Assembly (NCBI GenBank): GCA_030167145.1
Contig: CP126532.1
Location: 2,040,001 to 2,072,000 of the forward strand
Reading direction: 5' to 3'
Length of the DNA: 32,000 nucleotides
Source: Ktedonobacterales bacterium
Lineage (GTDB): Bacteria > Chloroflexota > Ktedonobacteria > Ktedonobacterales > JADMIN01
Shown in pieces: positions 8,514 to 16,191 of the stretch; within the stretch, counting starts at the first letter, position 1; each line of letters opens with the position of its first letter. A program made the position numbers and the translations under genes. Under the pieces are notes generated by a model. It had not been told where the DNA came from. It made no database searches and saw only the letters and a program-made list of their open reading frames with translations.

Positions 8514-9557
8514 TCAGCCCAAATGCTTATAGAGACTACCGCCGACCCGCTCCGCTACCGGCAGCGGTAGCCGCCGCCAGCAGCTTGTGGCCAGTTGATA
8601 TTTCCAGCTTCGCTCTGAGGTGGTGGCCAGCCCCTGCATCTGCGGATAGTAGTAGTAGGAGAGCGGCTCTTCCACCGCGCCCCAGCCGCGCTTGAAGTTC
8701 ATCAGTCCTTCGTTATCGCGAGCGGTGCGGCCCAGATCGAGCATGGTATAGCCCCGCGCGCCGCCGCGCTGAATCGCCTCCCACATCAGCAAGTTGTTCG
8801 GCCCAAGCTGTAAGTAGCGTTCATCTGACGCGCCATACGCATAGCGCATCGTGTCGCCCGACGCCAGCAGCACCATACCCGCGATGACGTTCCCCTCGTA
8901 TTCCGCAAGCAATACCGTCAGCGCGCCGCTTTCGGCGAAGGTATCCCAGAGCGCGTGGAAGTAGCGCCGGGGCTGCGCGGGCATGCCATGCTTGCGACAG
9001 CGCGTGAGCAGGTGCAGGTGATAGTAGGCGTCTATATCGGCGCGGGTTTCTGCCTGGCGCACGGTGACACCATGCTTCTGCGCTTTCTTGACCTGCCGCT
9101 GCACTGGCTTGCGCAACCCACTCCACACGCTGTCAGGATTGGCCGAGAGCGCCACCAGCCACCGCACGTATAGGTCGCTTGTTGCCATGTCGGAGCGCGC
9201 GGCAAGTGCGGCGTGCTGCCCGGTGCGCAGTTCCAAGTAGCGCGCCTGGCGCTCGTCCGCCAGCGCGACGGCCTGGGTGATCAATGCGCGCGCGCTGGCG
9301 TCGTCATCGGCGAGCAACGGGGCGTGATCGGAGAAGGGCACGGAGACCAGCCGCCGCCCCAGCAGCGGGCTATGTAGCTCGCAGAGCGGTAGGAAGCCAG
9401 TAATCTCGCCTGCCGCATTCGTCGCGGTGAGCGGAACGACCGTGAATCCGTAGACGTTTCGCAGTAGATCGAGCCACGCGGGCGCGCAGGCGAAGGCGCT
9501 GGCGTGCTGGCTCGCGTAGGCGGTCCACTCGGTCGTCGTGGCAGTTGTTTGTATCAT
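8514..9557 (-). CDS. FemAB/BioF2-like GNAT-fold acyl- or aminoacyl-transferase of exopolysaccharide loci
   Basis: 347 aa. ATG 9557 has GGTGAGG upstream. The C-terminal half reads GNVIAGMVLLASGDTMRYAYGASDERYLQLGPNNLLMWEAIQRGGARGYTMLDLGRT...NEGLMNFKRGWGA, as in FemAB/CelD-like proteins. The family call is from recalled motifs only. Confidence 0.65.
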   Translation of the reverse strand: MIQTTATTTEWTAYASQHASAFACAPAWLDLLRNVYGFTVVPLTATNAAGEITGFLPLCELHSPLLGRRLVSVPFSDHAPLLADDDASARALITQAVALADERQARYLELRTGQHAALAARSDMATSDLYVRWLVALSANPDSVWSGLRKPVQRQVKKAQKHGVTVRQAETRADIDAYYHLHLLTRCRKHGMPAQPRRYFHALWDTFAESGALTVLLAEYEGNVIAGMVLLASGDTMRYAYGASDERYLQLGPNNLLMWEAIQRGGARGYTMLDLGRTARDNEGLMNFKRGWGAVEEPLSYYYYPQMQGLATTSERSWKYQLATSCWRRLPLPVAERVGGSLYKHLG

Positions 9558-9660
9558 GGAGCCTCACCAGCGCATGGGGGGATGGATGAGGAGCGCACAC
9601 GCGCTCGCTGCCATTCAGCATAGCGGCGTGACGTGGATGCGCGGTGAACAACGGGGTAGA

Positions 9661-9676
9661 GATTCGGTCACGAATC
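9661..9676 (-). terminator. Weak hairpin downstream of the regulator gene
   Basis: GATTCG-GTCA-CGAATC (6-bp stem, 4-nt loop), 15 nt after the TAA stop at 9692-9694. No U-tract. Confidence 0.25.
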
Positions 9677-9691
9677 GAGATTGTTCTGGTA

Positions 9692-12600
9692 TTACGGGGT
9701 GGATGATTGGCCAGCGCGTCCACTCCGCCGTGCTGGCCGTGCGATGGGCGCTGACTGCGTAGGAGAATTATCTTGCCGGGTGTGGTGCGCCAGTTCGTGT
9801 TCGATGCGCTCGGCGTAGAGCCGCTCACCGAGTTGACGCAGGATGGTTAGCGCGTGCGCGAATCGCTCGCGGGCCTGCTCTGGATCGCCCCGTGCAGCGT
9901 CGAGCACGCCATAAACATACAGCGCCTTCGCTTCAGCGTATGGATATGACATTTCGCGGGTGAGTGCCAATAAAGACTCAAGCTCCCGCACGCCATCATC
10001 GAACCGGCGCTCACCGAGGGCGATAATGGCCGCGACGCGCCAGAGCGTCACATATGCTAGCCGCGACCGCAGCGTATCGGCGAGCTGGCGCGCTTTGGCC
10101 AGAACGGTGCGCGCCTGTTCGCGGTGGCCAAGTTCCCATTCGGCCCATGCCAGCAATGCGAGCGCCTCACATGCCTGGGAGTCGTCGTTCGTGAATCCAT
10201 CCAGCAATCGCTGTGTACGGTCGCGGACGGCGCTGCCGAACCCTGCCACAATCTCCAGTTCCGCGAATGTACTCGACGCATAAAGCCCGAAGGCAATATC
10301 CTCGCGCGGAAGCGCTTGCGCCCGTTCATTGACGGTAAGCGTCTCGGTGAGAGAGCGTTTACCTTCGATGAGATCAAGGTAGATTAAGCCCATCTGCGCC
10401 AGATGCGGCTCTGTGCGATCACTTTGCGTCCATATCGTGATTGCTTCCTCGAACCTCATGCGCGCTTCTTCCCAGAACCCCAGCATGACAGCGTTCATCC
10501 CCAGCTGATGCAGCGCCATGCTCGTTCTGAGCGTGTCGCCCAGGTGCCGCAGGGCATCCAGCGCGCCGAGAAGTCCCTGCCGTGCGGCGTGCAGGTCGCC
10601 ATGTTGCTCATGCAAGGCGCCCGAATTGGCCAGCGCCAGGAAGGTCGCTTCGCGATCCCCACAGGCTTCGGCGGCCCTCAACGCATCCTGAAACGCAGCG
10701 AGCGCCTCATCTGTGCGTCGCTGATTGACCAGTGCGATCCCCCTGAACGAATAGGCGAGACTTTGCATGCGAAGGTCGTGTACCTGGCGCGCGTGGGCAA
10801 TTGTGGCGACACTGAGCGGAAACACTTCATCGAAGCGCCCAAGATGGACTAATCGCGCCACCAGACAAAGGAAAACACGTGTAGCCGTGTGTTCAGTCAG
10901 AACCGCGGCAGCGGCTTCCGCTCGTGCTTCCAATGTATCTGGGCATGGCTGCTGCTCGCCTGGGTTCTCGCTGCTTGCCACCGCGATGAGCGTATCCAAC
11001 AACGCCTCAGTAAATCGCATGCTTTCGGGAATCTTGCCGAGCACATCACAGACCTTCGCCATCTGGCAGGTCGCCCAGGCCAGCCGCTCCCAGTTTTGCC
11101 GTATCCGATATATATCCCGCGCACGGAGAAGATGTTCATACGCTTCATCGAAAAGCCCCAGTAGATAATCCACATCGGCAAGGCGCTCCAAGGCCATTGC
11201 TTCGCTTTCTGCGTCACCCAGGTCACGCGCCAGCCCGATTGCCAGGTGATAGTGATACTTCGCGTCTTTGTGCGCATAGGCGAGTTCGTCCTCGTCACCT
11301 GCTCGTAATGTGTAGATCAGCGCCTGGGCAATGTCGTCGCCTTCGCGAAAATGCTGTGCCAGTTCAGCGGATCGCCCCCGGCGTGGCGGCGCGGCCAACA
11401 ATGCTTCAGCCGCCTTGCGATGCAAGCGCCGCCGCACCGCGCGCCCCGCGAACTGGATGGCATCGCGCACGAGCGCGTGCCGGAAGCGATAACCTTCGCG
11501 TCCGCTGTCGCGCACCAGCCCTGCCGCAATGGTCTCAGCAAGCGCGTCCTCCACAGCATCGCGTGAATGCCCCGTCATCTGGGCCACGGTCTCCGCTGAA
11601 AACGTCATGCCGAGCACGCTCGCCGCCTGTGCCACCTCGCGCGTCAGGAGCCGCAGCCGTTGGATGTGTTCGCGTATTTCGTCCAAGATGGAGACTGGCA
11701 ATTCCAGCTTGCCAGCGCCTACCCGCCGCCACAGCACGCCATCCGCAATCAGCTCGCCGCGTTCGCGCATGCCCCGCAGCAGTTCAATTGAGGTATAGGG
11801 GATACCGCCGGACGACTCATAGATCAGATCACTCACCTCGGGGGCGATGACGCCAGCAGGCAGCGAGACATTCAGCAACTCAACCGTCTGCGCCATCGTC
11901 AGCGGCGACAGCGTTAAGCGTTCCGCCGCCTGCCGTTTTTCCAGCGGGTGCAGCACCCCATGCATCAGCACCTGCCGCGAGACCTCCGTATCACGATAGG
12001 TTGCTAGAAGCAGGATACGCGCTTGTTCGAGGTGGCGCATGATGTACTGCATCAGGTCCAGGCTTGCCTGATCCATCCACTGGATATCGTCGAGGAGCAG
12101 GGCGACTGGCTGATGCGCGCTCACCGCGCGCAGGAAGTCTGTCACTTGCCAGAATAAGCGTTGCAGGTCATTGGGCGCGCTGACTTGGGTTGCTGTGGCC
12201 ACTGGGGAAACGAGCGCGCGCATGCCCTCAGGCAGCAACGGGCGCATCATTGGCCAGCGGCTGGCGACGCCCTGACGCAGTTCGTCGGGCGCGGCGCGGT
12301 GGATTTGCTCGAACAACTCGACAAACGGCGCAAACGCGACCACCTGCTGTTGCAGGTAGCACTGGCCCTGCGCAGTCAACATGCCAGCGGTGCGAGCCTG
12401 CTCCAGCGCTTCGAGCGCCAGGCGTGTCTTGCCAATACCTGGTTCACCGGAGAGAATCACCAGGTGTGGAGTAGCTCCTAGAGCCATCTGGATCGCCGTG
12501 CGAAGGCGCTCCAATTCGCGCTCACGCGCAACCAGCGGTCCCAATGTCGCGAGTGGCGCGGGAGCGGCCGCCTCGCCGGCAGCCCGGATGGTCACTGCGC

Positions 12601-12829
12601 GGCCATACGCTTCCCACACGAGCGCACGCTCATGTTCGAGCGGATCGAGCGCGGCCACCAGCGCTTCAGCCATTGCCCGCTTGGGCACTTCGCCGTTCTC
12701 AATCTCGCTGAGGTAGCCTACCGAGCATGGGATCTTGGTGGCCAGATCGAGTTGCGTCAGCCCGCTCGCCTTGCGCAGATATTTCACCAGTGCGCCAAAG
12801 GCCATATGGCGCAGTTCATGTGGCTGCAT
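9692..12829 (-). CDS. XRE-family HTH / P-loop NTPase (AAA/STAND-like) / TPR-repeat signal-transduction regulator
   Basis: The track start GTG 12841 lies inside an AGGGTGG SD. ATG 12829, 7 nt downstream of that SD, is preferred. N-terminal Cro/XRE HTH (LRKASGLTQLDLATKIPCSVGYLSEIENGE), Walker A GEPGIGKT and Walker B-like VALLLDDIQWMD. About 550 aa of TPR-like helical repeats follow, then a Ser/Pro/Arg-rich tail. Confidence 0.85.
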   Translation of the reverse strand: MQPHELRHMAFGALVKYLRKASGLTQLDLATKIPCSVGYLSEIENGEVPKRAMAEALVAALDPLEHERALVWEAYGRAVTIRAAGEAAAPAPLATLGPLVARERELERLRTAIQMALGATPHLVILSGEPGIGKTRLALEALEQARTAGMLTAQGQCYLQQQVVAFAPFVELFEQIHRAAPDELRQGVASRWPMMRPLLPEGMRALVSPVATATQVSAPNDLQRLFWQVTDFLRAVSAHQPVALLLDDIQWMDQASLDLMQYIMRHLEQARILLLATYRDTEVSRQVLMHGVLHPLEKRQAAERLTLSPLTMAQTVELLNVSLPAGVIAPEVSDLIYESSGGIPYTSIELLRGMRERGELIADGVLWRRVGAGKLELPVSILDEIREHIQRLRLLTREVAQAASVLGMTFSAETVAQMTGHSRDAVEDALAETIAAGLVRDSGREGYRFRHALVRDAIQFAGRAVRRRLHRKAAEALLAAPPRRGRSAELAQHFREGDDIAQALIYTLRAGDEDELAYAHKDAKYHYHLAIGLARDLGDAESEAMALERLADVDYLLGLFDEAYEHLLRARDIYRIRQNWERLAWATCQMAKVCDVLGKIPESMRFTEALLDTLIAVASSENPGEQQPCPDTLEARAEAAAAVLTEHTATRVFLCLVARLVHLGRFDEVFPLSVATIAHARQVHDLRMQSLAYSFRGIALVNQRRTDEALAAFQDALRAAEACGDREATFLALANSGALHEQHGDLHAARQGLLGALDALRHLGDTLRTSMALHQLGMNAVMLGFWEEARMRFEEAITIWTQSDRTEPHLAQMGLIYLDLIEGKRSLTETLTVNERAQALPREDIAFGLYASSTFAELEIVAGFGSAVRDRTQRLLDGFTNDDSQACEALALLAWAEWELGHREQARTVLAKARQLADTLRSRLAYVTLWRVAAIIALGERRFDDGVRELESLLALTREMSYPYAEAKALYVYGVLDAARGDPEQARERFAHALTILRQLGERLYAERIEHELAHHTRQDNSPTQSAPIARPARRSGRAGQSSTP

Positions 12830-12998
12830 CGCGACATCCACCCTTGCCCATACACTACTCCACGAGCAGGTGACGCCTAAGAGCTGCGATAGCGAGATGT
12901 TTCGTCAGTGTTGGTCTGCTTGATGCAAGTATACCACACGTTCGCTGAGACTTCTATTCACTCTCGCCCGCATCCCTCCAATCTAGAAAACACACCAG

Positions 12999-13028
12999 TG
13001 AAATTTCAGCTTGAATTGTTGAAAATTT
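12999..13028. promoter_or_regulatory. AT-rich TGAAA(A)TTT motif pair in divergent promoter region (candidate operator)
   Basis: TGAAATTTCA (12999-13008, self-complementary) and TGAAAATTT (13020-13028). They lie in the 359-bp gap between the XRE-type regulator gene and the NTF2-like gene, and are unusually AT-rich for this sequence. Confidence 0.25.
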
Positions 13029-13200
13029 GCGCGCCCGCTACTGGCTACACTGCTCACCAGAAGGTTGCGATAGGGTCGCGCTGGATCAGTGGCTACCTCT
13101 GTGATCCCGTCCAGCAATCTTGACTTCGTAACGTAGTGCGAACCAATAGTGCGGCGGCGTAGTGCCATCGGGAATGATGGCGAATGAAAACAGCAAGTGA

Positions 13201-13764
13201 ATGGAGACACATCAAATGTCAAACGGAATGCTTCGTCGTGGGCTGCTGATTCTGGTGGTGGTGATCGCGCTGGCCGTTGGCGTAGTTGCCGGCATGACGT
13301 ATCAAACACGAGCAGCGGCGGCCTCATCCTCAGCCACAGCCCAGGTTGATCCACATCATGCCCAGACAGTCGTGGACAAATTTCTGGGCATCCTCAACGC
13401 TGGAATGAGCAGCGGCTCCTGCGATTTCTCGGCGCTCTCGTCGGTCTACGCGCCAGATGCGACGGTCATCGCGACTGGTGGACCTTTCGCGCCCGGCGGC
13501 CCATTCGGCCCTGGCGGCGCCTTCGGTGAGCAGCAATTCCACGGCATAGCCGCCATCACCGGCTTCTATACCAAGCTCTGCCATATTGTGTCGCAGCGAG
13601 GTGTCGCGAAGTGGACGCAAGACGCCGGATACCTGCTCTCACCAAACGTGCTCAACTCCTACGAAGACGTCTCCTTTTCGGGCACGATTGGGGGCCGCTG
13701 CATGCATGCGTTCACCATCAGCGGTGACCGCATCGCCAGCCTCAATTGGAGTATCTACGCCTAG
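13201..13764 (+). CDS. Membrane-anchored SnoaL/NTF2-like fold protein (tentative)
   Basis: 187 aa from ATG 13201. The alternative ATG 13216 has GGAG 9 nt upstream. Basic N-terminus plus a TM helix (LLILVVVIALAVGVVAG), an Ala/Ser linker and a ~120-aa globular part (VVDKFLGILNAG ... FTISGDRIASLNWSIYA). It also has an unusual GGPFAPGGPFGPGGAFG insert. Confidence 0.55.
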   Translation: METHQMSNGMLRRGLLILVVVIALAVGVVAGMTYQTRAAAASSSATAQVDPHHAQTVVDKFLGILNAGMSSGSCDFSALSSVYAPDATVIATGGPFAPGGPFGPGGAFGEQQFHGIAAITGFYTKLCHIVSQRGVAKWTQDAGYLLSPNVLNSYEDVSFSGTIGGRCMHAFTISGDRIASLNWSIYA

Positions 13765-13809
13765 CAGGCGCACCACAATACCATTCGCCCTCGTGTCCGG
13801 GCGTGCGTG

Positions 13810-13857
13810 TTCCCAGACATGTGGAGATCCCTATCTCCCATGTCTGGGAATGTTTCC
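13810..13857 (+). terminator. Strong hairpin, probable intrinsic terminator of the NTF2-like gene
   Basis: TTCCCAGACATG-T-GGAGAT CCCT ATCTCC-CATGTCTGGGAA: 18 bp of pairing with one bulged T and a 4-nt loop (13810-13850), followed by TGTTTCC. It starts 46 nt after the stop at 13764. Confidence 0.6.
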
Positions 13858-13895
13858 TCGCAGCATATGCCAGAGCGACCAGCGGAGGTGAAGCG

Positions 13896-14315
13896 ATGTA
13901 CGAAGACCTGCTGGCGCGTGTTCCGCTCTTTGCGAACCTCTCCTGGCGTGAACGCGCATGGATTGCCGATGCCTGCCGCGAGCGCGACTATCTGCCCGGC
14001 GATGACCTCATGCGACAGGACAACACCCTTGGGGCGGGTCTCTACATTCTCATCAGCGGCCGTGTGCGGGTGAGTTGGATAGAAGCGGGCGCGCTTATAG
14101 CTGAGTTGGAGTATGCAGAGGCAGGCGCAATCCTGGGTGAGCAGACCTTGTTAGATGAAGTAAGCACGACAACCATCACAGCCGTCGAGCCGACCCATGC
14201 GCTGGTGCTGCCCATCTGGGACTTCCGCATGACGCTCAGGGATTTCCCGGATATTGCCATTCACCTGCTCGCCATCCTTGGCCAGCAACTGCGGCAACGG
14301 GAAGGGACGACGTAA
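13896..14315 (+). CDS. Stand-alone cyclic-nucleotide-binding-domain protein (no output domain)
   Basis: ATG 13896 is preceded by GGAGGTG (6-nt spacer). The track's upstream start at 13746 would overlap the previous gene and cross the terminator hairpin. The 139-aa product reads LLARVPLFANLSWRERAWIADACRERDYLPGDDLMRQDN...LYILISGRVRV...GAILGEQTLLDE..., the CAP/CNB beta-roll pattern. Confidence 0.8.
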   Translation: MYEDLLARVPLFANLSWRERAWIADACRERDYLPGDDLMRQDNTLGAGLYILISGRVRVSWIEAGALIAELEYAEAGAILGEQTLLDEVSTTTITAVEPTHALVLPIWDFRMTLRDFPDIAIHLLAILGQQLRQREGTT

Positions 14316-14350
14316 GTTGTGTTGGGGTGCGCTGTGGGGTGAAGCGCTGT

Positions 14351-15193
14351 CTAGGCTGGACTAATTTCGGTGGCCAGCCCTGGCGACGACATATCTGGGA
14401 GCGCAGGCAGGCCGCGCGGCGGATCGGGGCGATACACGGGCAGCACTATGGTCGTCTGCGCCTGAGCTTGGGTCGGCGTCTGCGCCTGAGCCACTGGCTC
14501 GTCTTCGACGGCATAGCGCACCAGCGAATAGCCAACGCCAGAAACCGTCTGAATGTAGCGCGGCTTGCTGGGGTTCGGCTCCAGTTTCTCGCGCAGGTGG
14601 CGAATGTGCGCCTTGATGAGGCCACTATCACCCGCCTCGCCATAGCCCCATACGTGCGACACGATCTGCTCGGCGCTGCACACATCGTTGGCATTGATCG
14701 CCAGGAAGTGCAGGAGCTTCGTCTCAGTTGGGGTCAGGCGCACCGTCTTGCCGCCAACACTGGCGGTATTGCGCTGTGAATCCACCTGGACCGGACCGAC
14801 CGTGAGCGATGAGAATGGCCGCGCCTTCACCGTGCTGCGCACCCGGCGGCTGACGGCGCGAATATGCGCCAGGAACTGCCCAGGGAAGAACGGCTTGCGC
14901 AGGAAGTCATCAGCGCAGGAGTCCAGGAAGCGCGCCTCTACATGCGCGTCTGCTTTCTCTGCCGTAATCATCACTAAGGCGTCATGCTTGCGCTGCATAT
15001 CCCGGCACATGGCCAGAGTATCCACGCCTTGCAGTTCGCTATCGAGAATGACGATATCTGGCTCGTGCTTGAGCCATTCGGTCTTGGCATGCTCACTGGT
15101 GTAGGCGCGATGCACCTCATAACCATAGGTCTTCAGCAGACCGGTGAGCATTTCTACCATGTCTTTGTCGCTGTCCACAAGCAGCAACTTCAT
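14351..15193 (-). CDS. OmpR/PhoB-family response regulator (orphan) with low-complexity C-terminal tail
   Basis: ATG 15193 is preceded by GGGAGGGG and begins MKLLLVDSDKD. Receiver residues present: D in VILD, T in VMITA, K in LRKPF. Winged-helix output: VRLTPTETKLLHFLA...IVSHVWGY...IKAHIRHLREKLE...YIQTVSGVGYSL. A ~60-aa Q/A/T/P-rich tail follows. No adjacent histidine kinase. Confidence 0.9.
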   Translation of the reverse strand: MKLLLVDSDKDMVEMLTGLLKTYGYEVHRAYTSEHAKTEWLKHEPDIVILDSELQGVDTLAMCRDMQRKHDALVMITAEKADAHVEARFLDSCADDFLRKPFFPGQFLAHIRAVSRRVRSTVKARPFSSLTVGPVQVDSQRNTASVGGKTVRLTPTETKLLHFLAINANDVCSAEQIVSHVWGYGEAGDSGLIKAHIRHLREKLEPNPSKPRYIQTVSGVGYSLVRYAVEDEPVAQAQTPTQAQAQTTIVLPVYRPDPPRGLPALPDMSSPGLATEISPA

Positions 15194-16191
15194 CGCACAC
15201 CCCTCCCACGTTCCCAACAACAATGTGGCAGATTTCGTCCCGGACCCCGCGCGCATTCGCGCATAGCCACGGAACGAACAGGATAGAGGATCCCTGAGGG
15301 ATACCAATAGATGAGCGAGACACTCATCTTTGGGGACCAATCAGACACTACGAACCACTAGCGTATCCGCAACCACCACACACCTGTACACAAATTTTGT
15401 GGTCAGATGCCGCTTGCCTGCTCGCGCAGTCAGGCGTGTGTATGTTCAGAGGCACACTTGCGGTCACTTTGAACACACGAGCATGCTGTTTCAGCGTCAG
15501 ATGGTGGTAAGGATGAACTCGAATTCAAAGCATCAGCGCTTAGATAGTACGCTTCACCACCACACAACCACAGCCTCTTTTGCGCGTCTCCAGTGGTTCT
15601 GCTCTTGGCGGCGGTTGTGTCAGAGAAGATACATCAGGTTCTCATCTGAATACAACGCTTCATCTACGCCAGGAGACACATCGTTCTGCCAAAATGCTGA
15701 GTGCGCGCTGAGCGCACATCTTCTGTTGCTCCAGGGTATACACATCCCTCGAAGCGCTTACATTGCTGGAGTGCGTTGGAAAGTGGGAGGGTTTTCGCTG
15801 AACAGATGCGCTCACATCAACCGGAACGGAATGGCCGCGCTAGGGGATGTCGTCGTTGACGGCCCGTGTGGGGACTGCCTCACGATTCCGGCTGAGCCAC
15901 CTGATACACATCAGAGTATCTCATATCATCGCACCCCCCCACAACGTCAACTTACCGTATTCTCCTCAGCAGTATTGCGTAAATCCACCACTCCGCGTGC
16001 CTAGAATTCAGCGACTTTACACGTTCTTTACAAGTTTCGACCGTCGAACGCCTCATCGGCATCGTGCTCCCACCACCGCTACCACATCGCAACGCGCATG
16101 CACCTGATTTCGCGACCACCAGATGGTAGGCTTTCTTCTATACACTACTTCCTTCCTGGTCAACATGGTGAAATGAAAGTGTGGTTGGCAC

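Noticed and set aside
8436-8570. 44-codon plus-strand ORF (MKWQACTGKHH...) with GGGGGAG 8 nt upstream
   Set aside because: It overlaps the 3' end of the FemAB-like gene in antisense. It has no hydrophobic or other pattern and lies in the minus-strand promoter region of the PGT operon, so the SD-like run is probably coincidental.
13120-13149. TTGACT at 13120-13125 as a -35 box for the NTF2-like gene
   Set aside because: No acceptable -10 hexamer lies at 16-18 nt spacing (CCAATA/CAATAG/AATAGT at 17-19 nt), so it is too weak to report as a promoter.
15330-16004. 224-codon ORF (TTG start) in the response-regulator / GH intergenic gap
   Set aside because: It is statistically long for ~53% G+C. 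However, the product is Cys/His/Arg/Thr-rich with no hydrophobic core pattern, has no convincing SD, uses a rare TTG start and matches no motif. I kept it only as a possible gene relic inside the finding for this gap.
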